Origin: an uncultured delta proteobacterium | GTDB lineage: Bacteria; Myxococcota_A; Polyangia; Polyangiales; Polyangiaceae | NCBI GenBank assembly: GCA_963806225.1 | Contig: CAWDXG010000004.1 | Span: forward strand, 1,696,001-1,760,000 | Direction of reading: 5' to 3' | Length of the DNA: 64,000 bases | Part shown: positions 9,972 to 19,954 of the stretch, one piece after another | How the letters are laid out: each line of letters opens with the position of its first letter | Position numbering within the stretch: the stretch's first letter is position 1 | Translations under genes and position numbers: made by a program | Notes under the pieces: generated by a model | Databases searched by the model: none | What the model was told of the DNA's origin: nothing | What the model saw: the letters and a program-made list of their open reading frames with translations, nothing else

Positions 9972-11708
9972 ATGAAGGTCCGGGCCATTGCCACCACCGA
10001 CGAGCGCGCGAACGCGATCGGGACGGTCGAGCTCGAGTGCACGCCGCTCGGGCTGGTGATCGCGTATCTGGGCGTGGGCACGTTCAGCGAGGGGTACGCG
10101 CCCGGCGCGCTGACGATGGGCACGCGGGTGACGGTGCCGTGGTCGAAAGTGGACGAGGCTCGGCTCGAGGGCGAGCAACTCTTTCTGGCGCTGGACCCGG
10201 TACTGACTCCGCTCTCGCGCCTGACGCTGGTGAATTTCTCCACGGGGCAACACACACATCACCGTGAGCTGTATCGGCAGCGGCTGATCCTGCGACTCGG
10301 CATGCTGGCGCTCGCCGGGGTGGCGCTGCTGGTCGCTCTGCTCGGTCTGCCTCGCCTGGCGCCGCATGCGACGGCAGCCGCGGCGCTGGCTCTGGGTGGC
10401 GTGGCGGCGCTGTCGATCCTGGTGATCGGGCTGATGGCGGATCGCTACGTGGCGTTGGGCGGGCGCGACAGCGACGCGGCACGCGGCGCATTTTCCGGTG
10501 AGCTCGCCATGTACCTGCCGAACATGCAGCGGCAGGCGACTGCGCCGGAAAAGCCGCAGCCGAAGCTGCCGCCGCTGCCCGCGCTGGATCGCCTGCTGCC
10601 GCGCACCACGGCGGCGATCGTGATCACGTTGAGCTCGGGGATCCTGGGCGCCATCCTGACGGCGCGCTGGATCGTGAGCGGCGATCGCCGCGCCGAGCCG
10701 CCTCCGCGCATAGCAGCCAATGCGGCGCCAGAGCCGGAGCCCGCCGCCGCCGAACCGCAGGCTCCCGCTGCCGCGCCTGCGCCCGCGCCGAAGCACTCCG
10801 CGAAACCCGCGGCGCCCAGCGCACCGGCCGGCGACATGGCGGGCGTCGGCGCCGCGTGCAAGTGCGACCGCGCCGACTCGCTGCTCTGGGACCAGCCCAT
10901 CGCGAAGCTTTCCACGCTCCTGCTCGGCGAGCACCTGTCGCGGAAAGACAACAAGAAGCACCTGACCGTCGACGTCGCCGCGGTGAACAACAGCGACAAG
11001 GAGATGAGCGACGTGTCGTTCATGGTGCAGTTCTTCGACAAGGACCCGCCGCCGTCGAACAAGACGTATCCGTCCGGGCAGCGCGCGCTGTACTTCGCGG
11101 GGCCGCTCCAGCCGGGGCAGGCGATCAAATGGTCGGTGGAGGACCGCGGCAGCTCGTTCGCGCTCCAGAACACCAGCGGTATCGACGGCAGCATCGGGCC
11201 ACACGGCAAGGACGCCGCGCCGACGAACCTGCTGGCGGACCTCTTGAACGCGAACCACCGCCCGGTGCGACTGCACGGCGCGATGATGCTGGCGTATCTC
11301 GGCGACCCGCGCGCGAAGGCGGCGGTGCTCAAGCTGCGCGACGCCCTGCGCGAGAGCGAGGCGCCGTACCTGAAGCGCATCCTCGAGGCGGTCGGCGATG
11401 TGCGCGGCTGTCGGCTGCACGTGGGCAAGGCCGGCGCGACGCGCAGCGTGCGGGCGTGCATCTACAACACGACCGGCGAGGAAAAGAGCAACGTGGCGTT
11501 CAAGGTGCGCGCGCTCGACGGCGACGTGGACTACGAGAACCCGCTGGCGCGCCCGCCCATGGTACTCGCCGCGTCGACCTTCAAGCTCCCGGTGAAGCTC
11601 GCGCCGCACAGCGGCGTGGTCGCCAACGCGAAGATGAGCCTCCAGGGTGCCGGCCAGGAGCCGGCGGCCTACGAGATCATCGCCGACCGCTCCGATCTGC
11701 TGCGCTGA
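9972..11708 (+). CDS. Hypothetical membrane protein (3 TM segments, Pro/Ala linker, C-terminal extracytoplasmic domain)
   Basis: 578-aa ORF with GC3 bias and hydrophobic segments; no family recognised. Confidence 0.8.
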   Translation: MKVRAIATTDERANAIGTVELECTPLGLVIAYLGVGTFSEGYAPGALTMGTRVTVPWSKVDEARLEGEQLFLALDPVLTPLSRLTLVNFSTGQHTHHRELYRQRLILRLGMLALAGVALLVALLGLPRLAPHATAAAALALGGVAALSILVIGLMADRYVALGGRDSDAARGAFSGELAMYLPNMQRQATAPEKPQPKLPPLPALDRLLPRTTAAIVITLSSGILGAILTARWIVSGDRRAEPPPRIAANAAPEPEPAAAEPQAPAAAPAPAPKHSAKPAAPSAPAGDMAGVGAACKCDRADSLLWDQPIAKLSTLLLGEHLSRKDNKKHLTVDVAAVNNSDKEMSDVSFMVQFFDKDPPPSNKTYPSGQRALYFAGPLQPGQAIKWSVEDRGSSFALQNTSGIDGSIGPHGKDAAPTNLLADLLNANHRPVRLHGAMMLAYLGDPRAKAAVLKLRDALRESEAPYLKRILEAVGDVRGCRLHVGKAGATRSVRACIYNTTGEEKSNVAFKVRALDGDVDYENPLARPPMVLAASTFKLPVKLAPHSGVVANAKMSLQGAGQEPAAYEIIADRSDLLR

Positions 11709-11821
11709 GCGACGCGCCCGGGATGCGCGCCTCGGAAAGCCGGAAGCGAAGACGGCCGAGCTGGCGCCGCGGCGATGCGTTCTGGATTGACTCCGCGCCG
11801 TTTCGGTGTAGCAAAAGTGGC

Positions 11822-12490
11822 ATGTTGACCCGCCCTCACCTAGCCTGGAACGTCCTCTCTCTCGTCGGAGCGCTGGCGCTCGCCGGTTGCGGCGGCAGCC
11901 AGCCGCCCGCCGCGACTCCCTCGGCGCCCGCTTCCGCGACCCCTGCAGCGGCGTCGTCGGCAGCACCCGCCGAGCCCGCTCCGGAGGCGTCCAGCTCCGA
12001 GGCCGCGACTTCCAGCGAGTCGGACGACGCGTCCGGCCCCAAGCCGAGCCAGCCGCCCATCGATTTGATGACGCAGACCGACGAGGCGTTCGTGCTCGAT
12101 TTCCAGAGCTCCGATATCGGCGCGAAGGCGGAGAAGGCCTGCAAGTCGGACGACCCCGCCAAGGCCGCGAAGTGCAAGAAGCACAAGCACGGCAAGTTCC
12201 TCGCCGACGTGCTGCAGTTCAAGAAGAAGGACGACAAGATCACGTTCACCATCTACAAGCGCAGGGGCAAGCGGGTCACCAAGCTGAGCTCGAACAAGGT
12301 CAAGCTCACGCAGAAGAACGACAACACGGTCACGGTCGAGGTCCTGGACAAGCACATGGGGCCGCGCGTGCTCTTCTCCCGCAAGCGCAAGTTCGAGGTC
12401 ACGGTGCCGAACGACTACTCGATCGAGCTGAAGGACCCGAAGTACGGCAAGCTCGTCTACGAGGGAAAGGTCGACATCCTGGGCAAGTGA
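11822..12490 (+). CDS. Lipoprotein with Lys-rich C-terminal domain
   Basis: MLTRPHLAWNVLSLVGALALAGC lipobox, Ala/Pro/Ser linker, then a basic globular domain. Confidence 0.8.
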   Translation: MLTRPHLAWNVLSLVGALALAGCGGSQPPAATPSAPASATPAAASSAAPAEPAPEASSSEAATSSESDDASGPKPSQPPIDLMTQTDEAFVLDFQSSDIGAKAEKACKSDDPAKAAKCKKHKHGKFLADVLQFKKKDDKITFTIYKRRGKRVTKLSSNKVKLTQKNDNTVTVEVLDKHMGPRVLFSRKRKFEVTVPNDYSIELKDPKYGKLVYEGKVDILGK

Positions 12491-12494
12491 CGCC

Positions 12495-12518
12495 TGCCGG
12501 ATGTTGCAACATCCGGCA
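12495..12518. promoter_or_regulatory. Perfect 24-bp palindrome TGCCGGATGTTGCAACATCCGGCA (candidate activator site or hairpin)
   Basis: Exact inverted repeat with no loop, 4 nt after a stop codon and ~165 bp upstream of a sigma54-like promoter. Confidence 0.5.
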
Positions 12519-12681
12519 ACAACTGGAGCGCGCAACGGCAGCGGCGGCGGCTTCCGGGCAGCGAAATGATGCGCCCGACGTCGCGTAACGGCATCTGGCG
12601 GCGCCCTTTGAAACCGGGGAATCGGCGCGATTCCAGGCCCGCCACGCCGGCCTCCGTGGGCGTCCCGTCGGCCCCTCGCTG

Positions 12682-12697
12682 TGGCACGCATCGTGCT
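12682..12697 (+). promoter_or_regulatory. sigma54 (-24/-12) promoter candidate
   Basis: TGGCACGCATCGTGCT matches TGGCACG-N4-TTGCW with one mismatch and correct GG/GC spacing; 24 nt before ATG 12722. Confidence 0.65.
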
Positions 12698-12721
12698 CTC
12701 CTGGCGAGCAGAGGGCACACC

Positions 12722-13617
12722 ATGAAGGTAGAGGCATTTTTCGACGAGGCCACGTTCACGCTGACCTACGTCGTCTTCGACCCGGACACGCACGACGCCG
12801 TCGTCATCGACCCCGTGCTCGACTACGACCCGTTCGCGTCCAGAACGTCGACCGAATCGGTCGACAAGGTAACGGCCTTCGTGAAGGAGCGGGGGCTCCG
12901 GCTCCACTACGTGCTCGAGACGCACGCGCACGCCGACCATCTCTCGGGCTCGCAGCTGTTTGAGAAGGCGCTTCGACGCCAAGGTTCTCATCGGCGAGCG
13001 CATCACCGAGGTACAGAAGACGTTCAAGACCGTCTTCGACCTCTCCGCTGCTTTCAGCACGGACGGCAGCCAGTTCGACCGGCTGCTCGCGGATGGCGAG
13101 ACGTTCGACGCCGGCAGCCTACACGTGGAGGTGATCGCGACGCCGGGGCACACGCCGGCGTGCGTCAGCTATCACATCGACGACGCCGTGTTCACCGGCG
13201 ACGCCTTGTTCATGGAGGACTACGGAACCGGCCGCTGCGATTTCCCGCTCGGCAGTGCCGAGGCCCTCTACGACTCGGTGACCCAGCACCTGTACTCGCT
13301 GCCCGACGCGACGCGCGTGTTCGTGGGGCACGACTACCAGCCGGGCGGCCGCGAGCTCCGCTACCAGTCGAGCATCGGGGTGGAGAAGCGGCAGAACAAG
13401 CAGCTCCGCGCCGACACGCCGCGGGAAGACTACGTGAAGTTCCGCCAGGAGCGCGACGCGACGCTGCGCGCCGCCGCGGCTTCTGTACCCGAGCGTGCAG
13501 GTGAACGTGGACGCCGGGCGGCTGCCGGCCGCGCACGACAACGGCATCCGCTACCTCGCCGTACCGTTGAACATGAAGCGCCCCACCGACGAAGCGGGTG
13601 ACCCGGCGGCCAGGTAG
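12722..13617 (+). CDS. MBL-fold hydrolase, persulfide dioxygenase (ETHE1/Blh/SdoA-like); frameshifts ~12962 and ~13470
   Basis: [50 protein letters not shown]-terminus [11 protein letters not shown] is in a third frame ending at TAG 13615-13617. Confidence 0.88.
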
Positions 13618-13626
13618 CGGCGCCGC

Positions 13627-15181
13627 TCAGCCGTGGATGTAGACCACGGTGCCGCGCTTGAAATTGAGCGCACCGTGCCACCCCGGCGGCACCACCGGGT
13701 CGGTCCACTCGAAGAGCCAGGCGCTGTCGATGGGCGCGAGATTGACGCAGCCGTGGCTGCGCACCTTGCCGAAGTCGTCGTGCCAGTAGGTGCCGTGCAG
13801 GGCGTAGCCCTTGTGGAAGTACTGCACGAACGGCACATCCAGCAGATTGTACGAGTCGCTCTTGTCCTCGGCGCCATCCATCGTGGCGGCCACGTGCTTG
13901 GAATGGATCATGAACGTGCCGCGCACGGTCGCGAAGACCTTCTCGGGGTCGCCCATGCCGCCGCGGCCGGTGCTGACCAGCGTGGCGTAGACGGGATGGC
14001 GCCCGACGTAGGCCACCAGCGTCTGCTGGCGGATGGAGATATCGATCCACTTGCGCGTGCCTGTCGCGAAGCTCGGCCATGAGTCGCGCGGCTCGAGGAT
14101 GCGCGCGGAGGCAGCCTGGATGAAGTCGCCGTCCCTTGTGGCGTAGAAGGCGCCGGGGCGCGTCGCGCCGGTGAGCTTCACCGGCTCACGGAAGCCCAGG
14201 CTGCCCTTGGGCTTGAGCGCGATGTGTCGCCTCGTCGAGGCTGTAGCGGGTCACGTAGTGGCTCATGATGAACGCCACGGGCAGTCCCTCGTCCTCGGCG
14301 ATCTCGGTGCCGTGGAACTCGCTCGGCTTGACGATGCGCGTGCGGTCCAGCGCGATGATGTCGAGCTCGGTGGTGAGGCCGAACAAGCGCCCCTGCCACT
14401 CGAAGGTGCGGGTGATGGCGAAGCCGCTGTCCGGCGCGGCGCGACCGGCGTGGACGGCATAGTGCAGATGCATCGGCACGCCGTACGGCTTCTCTACCGG
14501 TTTTCCGCCAAGCAAAAAGTCCGGCGGGGCGCCGGGTTCGCCGAGCAGATCCGCAATGCCGTTCGTGCGGATGCGCTGGCGCCAGGCGGCGACGTGCGTG
14601 TCGATGTCGCCTTCCACGTGCTTCATCTCGGCCTTGCTGGGCAGCTTGAAGTAGCGGAAGGGCGGCACGTCGGCGGCGCGGGCGTACAGATAGGGCAGCG
14701 ACTGCCCGCGCACCGGCCGCACGCTGCATTGCTTGACGACGGGATTGTCCAGATCGAGCGTGGCGCCCTTGCCGATGCAGACGAAGCCGCGTGGATTGAT
14801 GCGGTACCAGCCACCGGCACAGCCGGCGTTCTTGATCGCAGGGCCGCGCGCATCGACGACGGCGCCTGCGCGCAGGTAGCCGAAGCGCGTCCGTTTCGGA
14901 CCGGTGTCGGTGTAGATCCAGGTGCGCCAGGCAATGCTCGCGAGCTTCGTGCCGTCGGGCTTGAACGGCAGGTTGTCGTTGACGCTGCCAAGCACGGCCT
15001 TTCCCGCCGGCCGCGCGCCGGCTTCGGCCGAGTCGTCCGGCAGCGGGCTGTCGTCGCCGGGGCCGGCGTTGACGACGGCCGCGTGCGTCGTGGGCTCGGG
15101 TCGCGCGCCGGGCGGCTCCCGGTGATCTTTGCATGCCGGAAGGCCCGAGCACGCCACGATCAGGAGAAGCAGTCGTCGCAT
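13627..15181 (-). CDS. L,D-transpeptidase (YkuD family) lipoprotein; frameshift ~14225
   Basis: Lipobox-like N-terminus (GLPAC); C-terminal WIDISIRQQTLVAY...VSTG...YALHGTYWHDDFGKVRSHGCVNL (catalytic H...C). Confidence 0.9.
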
Positions 15182-15321
15182 CGCTCGTCAGGCCTGCCCG
15201 GCGAGGAGCCGGGATAGAGGACGGTGACCTAGATCACCCCGTCGGTCCGGACAACCTCGGAGCGGAATTGTCCGGCAATTTCGCCGCGACAGGGGGCTTT
15301 TCGCGAGGCATGCTGACCGCC

Positions 15322-15786
15322 ATGAGGATTCCCCGCGGCGCCTGGGCCATCGTCAAGGAGGTCGCCCGCCACCTGCTCCGGCGACCGGTGGTCGGCATCG
15401 CGGCCGCCGCCAGGACTGCCGATGGACGCTGGCTCCTGGTCCGGCGCACCGACACCGGGGAGTGGGCGCTGCCCGGCGGAACGCTGGAGTGGGGCGAGGC
15501 GCTGCGATCCGCGCTGCCCCGGGAGCTCCGTGAAGAGACGGGGGTGGAGGACGTGACGCCGGGTCGGCTGCTGGGCGTCTACTCCGCTCCGGAGCGCGAC
15601 CGGCGCTTCCACGCGGTCACGGTCCTTGTCGAGGTCCAGGTGGGCGAGCCGGTGCGGGCGCCGGACAATCCGCTGGAGATTGCGGAAGTGCGGCTGTTCA
15701 GCGAGGAAGAACTCCCCGCGGCGCTGGCCCACGGGATGGACGACATGCTGGCCGATGCGCGCGCTGGACGGCTGGTGTGGGAATAG
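15322..15786 (+). CDS. NUDIX hydrolase
   Basis: Nudix box PGGTLEWGEALRSALPRELREETG. Confidence 0.92.
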   Translation: MRIPRGAWAIVKEVARHLLRRPVVGIAAAARTADGRWLLVRRTDTGEWALPGGTLEWGEALRSALPRELREETGVEDVTPGRLLGVYSAPERDRRFHAVTVLVEVQVGEPVRAPDNPLEIAEVRLFSEEELPAALAHGMDDMLADARAGRLVWE

Positions 15787-15844
15787 GCGGAGAGTGGCCA
15801 CTTCGCCCTACCCTCCCCCGGCGCTGCGTGCCACATATGGCGGC

Positions 15845-17029
15845 ATGCGCTTGGCATCCGTTCGGCTCGTCGCTCTCGTGCTCCTTTCATGGGCGCTCGG
15901 CGGCTGCAGCCTGTTCAACGGACTCGACGTGAAGTCGGTAGCGACCTCGGTACAGAAACCGAGCAATGTCGCGCTCTACCTGGCTGTGTCGGACGGGGAC
16001 CAGCCGGTAACGGATCTGACCGAGCAGAACTTCCAGGTGCTCGAGAACGGCCAGCCCGTAGATCCGGAGCAGAGCGGCCTGACCCTGCTCGACCGCAACG
16101 TGGCCGCGGTGCACAGGACGCTGCTGCTCGTGGACATGAGCGGGAAGGCGAATGAGAAGGCGACGCGCACGAACATCGCGCGCGCGGCGGCCGGGTTCGT
16201 GGCGGACGTGCACAAGCTCGAGGACGTGACCGTGTACGCGTTCGACGGCAGCCCGGAGCTCCGTTTGATCGGCGAGTATCCCGAGAGCGCGGACGACGGT
16301 CCAGACAACATCCAGGCGCTCGCCGACTTCGTGCCCAGGGACCCCTCGCGCGATCTCGACGGAGCCGTGATCCAGGCGCTCGAACAGCTCGACGCGCGGC
16401 TCATGATCGTGAAGAAGCCGGTTCGCATCGGGACGCTGGTGGTCTTCACGCGCGGCCCCGACCTGGCCGGACGCACGCCGAAAGAAAAGGTCTCGCAGGC
16501 GCTCGACAAGACCGATCACGAGGTCTTCGCGATCGGCATCGGCAAGGACAAGGGCGACTTCGATCTCGATAGCCTCGGGCGTGCCGGGGTCGTGAGGGCG
16601 CCTTCGATGGGCTCGCTGGGCATCGCTTTCGAGAACGCTGCAAGCAAGATCCGCAAGGACTACAACAAGTACTACCTCTTGTCGTACTGCTCGCCGGCCC
16701 GTGCGGGAGAGCGCGCGCTCCGGATCAAGGTCACGATGACCGACAAGCAGGGCGACCAGCATGAGGGCAGCTACTCGACCGAATTCGACTCGGCTGGCTT
16801 CGGTCCCGGCTGCAATCCGCACGCGACGCCGCGCTTCGTCATGAAGGCAAAGAAGGACAGCGGCGCCAGGGAAGCTCCCGCCCCGAAGCCGAGCGAAGCG
16901 CCCAAGCCGAGCGGAGCGTCCAAGCCAACCGAACCGCCCGCCACGCCGAGCCAGCCGCCGTCAGAGGGCGGCGACCAGGTGGTTCCGCCGCCGTCCAAGC
17001 CCGGCTACGCGCCGACGCCGGACAAGTAG
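15845..17029 (+). CDS. vWA-domain lipoprotein
   Basis: LGGC lipobox; PVTDLTEQNFQVLENG; LLLVDMSG (MIDAS-like); LVVFT; YYLLSYCSP; Pro-rich tail. Confidence 0.8.
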   Translation: MRLASVRLVALVLLSWALGGCSLFNGLDVKSVATSVQKPSNVALYLAVSDGDQPVTDLTEQNFQVLENGQPVDPEQSGLTLLDRNVAAVHRTLLLVDMSGKANEKATRTNIARAAAGFVADVHKLEDVTVYAFDGSPELRLIGEYPESADDGPDNIQALADFVPRDPSRDLDGAVIQALEQLDARLMIVKKPVRIGTLVVFTRGPDLAGRTPKEKVSQALDKTDHEVFAIGIGKDKGDFDLDSLGRAGVVRAPSMGSLGIAFENAASKIRKDYNKYYLLSYCSPARAGERALRIKVTMTDKQGDQHEGSYSTEFDSAGFGPGCNPHATPRFVMKAKKDSGAREAPAPKPSEAPKPSGASKPTEPPATPSQPPSEGGDQVVPPPSKPGYAPTPDK

Positions 17030-17039
17030 CCACCGCCGT

Positions 17040-17387
17040 TCACGCCGGCTCGTCGCGTTCGAGCTCGCCGCGCCGTCCAACCCGATAGGTCGTCCGGCGC
17101 ACACGGCGCCGCGGCTGCCGCGCCTCCCGGGCAAGGTAGTCGAACGCGCTACGGTGCTCGGGCAGCGCGGGGCGCGACTCGACGCGCATCAGCCGTGTAC
17201 CCGGGTCGAGCGTGAGCTCGATCCGGGAGCGCCACACGGTACCCGCACCCGCTTCCAGCCGCTCGACAACCGCTCCGGGCAGCTCCCCGGCGTGCACCCA
17301 GGCGTCGCCCCGCCGCACCAGCCAGGCAACCTTCACTGTCCCGCGCTCCGCGATCGATTCGCTGCTCTCGAGCTCGACCCGGACCAC
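17040..17387 (-). CDS. Hypothetical protein
   Basis: GTG 17387 starts VVRVELESSES...GTVWRSRIEL...; it appears fused to the upstream HTH gene only because of a probable frameshift. Confidence 0.55.
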   Translation of the reverse strand: MVRVELESSESIAERGTVKVAWLVRRGDAWVHAGELPGAVVERLEAGAGTVWRSRIELTLDPGTRLMRVESRPALPEHRSAFDYLAREARQPRRRVRRTTYRVGRRGELERDEPA

Positions 17388-17452
17388 CTCTGGACCGTAC
17401 CAGAAACCACGCTGGACGGCCGGGCTACGGCCGGGCTCGGGCGCCGGTGCCG

Positions 17453-18092
17453 CTACGCGAGCCCAACCGGGATGACCGCGCGTTGGGGCGCCGGCCCTGG
17501 TCCGGTCAACCAGCGCACCGCAGCGCCCGAGATCCCCGACCCGCTCGATCGCCAGATCGCCTCCACGCTTGATGAACACGCGCCGGGGCTGCGCCCTGCG
17601 CGCGATGCCGAGCAGGGCGAGCCCCTGTGTGCTCGGACGCCTACGCAGTGCCTCCACGACCTCCACGACCATTCCGATCGGATAGCGCTCCAGCTCGATG
17701 CCGAGCACCTCGTACTCGCCCGAGCCAACCGTGAGCACGGCATCGAACAGGCTCTCGAAACACTGCACGCGCATCCGCTTGAGTTGCGCATCGCCGTTCG
17801 GCTTTCCGTTCCGGCTCTGGCCTGCCTTTCCGTTCCAGGCATAAGTGCCGGCCAGCACCACGCGCGGGGCCTCGCCGCCGATCGCCCGTGGCACCGGATA
17901 GCCGTAGCGGCGCATGAACCGGACCACCTCGGTGCGGTGGAAACGCAGGTGACGCCCCTTGGTGCGACGTCCATGCAGGTGACTGTGTTTGACCCAGTTG
18001 TGGACAGTCTTCAGATCCACGCCCAAGAGGCGCGAGATGTCGCCTGAGGTCAGGCCGCAGACGGGGTCTGCATGACCATCCACCAGCGCCAT
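17453..18092 (-). CDS. Excisionase/MerR-type helix-turn-helix protein with degenerate receiver-like domain; probable frameshift ~17525
   Basis: LTSGDISRLLGVDLKTVHNWV...RTKGRHLRFHRTEVVRFMRRYGYPVP; the likely true C-terminus AAVRWLTG...IPVGLA is in the frame ending at 17453. Confidence 0.75.
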
Positions 18093-18280
18093 GCTTCCGG
18101 AGTATCTGAATCGGGCCCGCCTCGCATCACCCCTAAGGGTGAAGCGAAGTCCTTTTGTTACACATTTCACTGCCGAACAGCTCCCGACCGTACGGCCGGC
18201 AGAATGCCGGTTGACCCTGTTCGCGACGCCTGTTTACCTCTCGCCTGGCTAACCGGAGCGGCACGCGAGTGGAGGAGAGG

Positions 18281-19846
18281 ATGAGGCGGCTCTGCTGGAC
18301 GTCGGCAATGATTGCAGGCACTTCCCTGCTCCTGGCCGCACCGTTGGCGAGGGCGTCGAGCGCCATCGAGTTCCCCGACAACGGCGTGGCACAGTTCTCC
18401 CGCGGTGGCGCCTGGCTCGCGACCGCCACCGACCCCATCGCCGGCTACTACAATCCGGCAGCTCTGGGGAGGCAGCCCACCCAGCTCGGTCTGGGAGCCA
18501 ACTTCGTCTTCCAGAAGATCTGCTTCAAGCGGCTGAGCGCCACCGGGAAGCCGACGGGACCGGGCGGCGGCTTGACGAGACTCGTACCCGGAAGTCTGCA
18601 ACTCCAACAGCGGCAAGCCCAACGTCATCCCCAACCTGGCGTTCACGTGGCGCGTCGGAGAAAAGCTCGGCATCGGGCTGACGGTCGTTCCGCCTTCGTC
18701 GTTCGGCACGCTCGACTGGTCTGGCACCGCTCCCGTGCCGCGTCAGGCCGGCGGCCGGACCATCGACACCCCGGTACCGGCCTCGCAGCGCTACCTCTCG
18801 ATGGGCGTTGACGGCACCATCCTGCTGCCGACGCTGGCCGCCGGCTACAACATCACCGATCAGCTCTCCATCGGCGCCGGCTTCGTCGCGGGCATCGCCA
18901 TGCTCGAGCTGAAGTCGATGTCGGCGAGCAACGTGACCCCCCAGGACTCGTTCATCGGCGATGCGCTGAGCACGCTCGATGTGAAGGATCTGTTCGTGCC
19001 GGGTTTCGTCGTAAGCGGGCTCTACTCGCCCACGCCAAACGTGGACGTCGCGGCCTGGTATCGCTGGAGCGACAGCATCCGCGCCAAGGGCGACCTGACG
19101 GTGGAGTTCCCCTACTACGACGCGAGCACAGGCAAGGTCAGCAAGCGGGCCACGACGACGCGCTCCAAGGACCAGAAAGGCAAGGACGCGGCCAAGGTAA
19201 CCATGGCGGTGCCGATGGAAGCGCGCATCGGCGCGCGCTGGCACATGCCGCGGCAAGGGCGTCACGCCGCTCGAGAAGGAGGGCTTCCGCAAGGATCCCT
19301 ATCCGACTCGCGATCCGTTGCGGGACGACCTGTACGACGTCGAGCTCGACCTGACCTGGGCGAACAACAGCGCCCAGGACAAGATCCAGATCCGCTTCCC
19401 TCCGGGGATCCAGGTCTCCGAGCGGAACGGTCCACGCTTCGGCGAGGTACCGCAAAACAGCCGACCGGCCCACCGGCTACCGGGACACCTTCGGCGCGCG
19501 ACTGGGCGGGCAGTACAACCTGCTGGTCAACCGCATGGGGATCCGTCTGGGAAGCTGGATCGAGAGCTCGGCCAACGACGCGAAGTACCTCACGGTCACT
19601 GGCGTCCCGTCGTTGCGCGGCGGCTTCGGCGGCGGGCTCGTCTTCCGGATCGCGACGGTCGATCTGGAAGCGGGCTACCAGCACCTGTGGTCGGCCGGGT
19701 TCGACAACGGCGGCAAGGGCGCCATCAAGTCGATCGTCGCCAACGGTCCGGATGGCTTCGGCAATCGCTCCAGCTACGCCGTCAACGGCGGTAGCGTGAC
19801 CCAACACGCCAACATCGCCTCGATCGGCGCCGTGGCGCGCTTCTAG
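18281..19846 (+). CDS. FadL/OmpP1-family outer-membrane transporter; three frameshifts (~18575, ~19258, ~19458)
   Basis: GGAGGAGAGG before ATG; signal peptide; IEFPDNGVAQFSRGGAWLATATDPIAGYYNPAAL (FadL hatch motif); IPNLA; C-terminal GAVARF. Confidence 0.85.
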
Positions 19847-19916
19847 CCCGCGCCGACGCGACCGGCAGCGCTCATCGCGGGCTCGCTGTCGCTCACCGCT
19901 TCCGCGCTCTTCGCAC

Positions 19917-19954
19917 AAAAAACAGGGGCGACCCGGTCACCCGGATCGCCCCTG
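19917..19954 (-). terminator. Intrinsic terminator on the minus strand
   Basis: Minus strand reads CAGGGGCGATCCGG-GTGA-CCGGGTCGCCCCTG-TTTTTT: 14-bp stem with one G-U pair, GUGA loop, U6 tail. Confidence 0.85.

Noticed and set aside
12495..12518. Enterobacterial REP element (GCCGGATG...ATCCGGC resemblance)
   Set aside because: Only one copy seen in the window, no REP loop sequence, and an unrelated lineage; the resemblance may be coincidental.
17453..18092. Prophage or ICE excisionase
   Set aside because: No integrase or phage genes nearby; HTH plus receiver-like domain fits a stand-alone regulator.
17040..18170. 376-aa HTH fusion protein in the ORF track
   Set aside because: The junction reads as out-of-frame sequence; a frameshift near 17525 giving two genes is more parsimonious.
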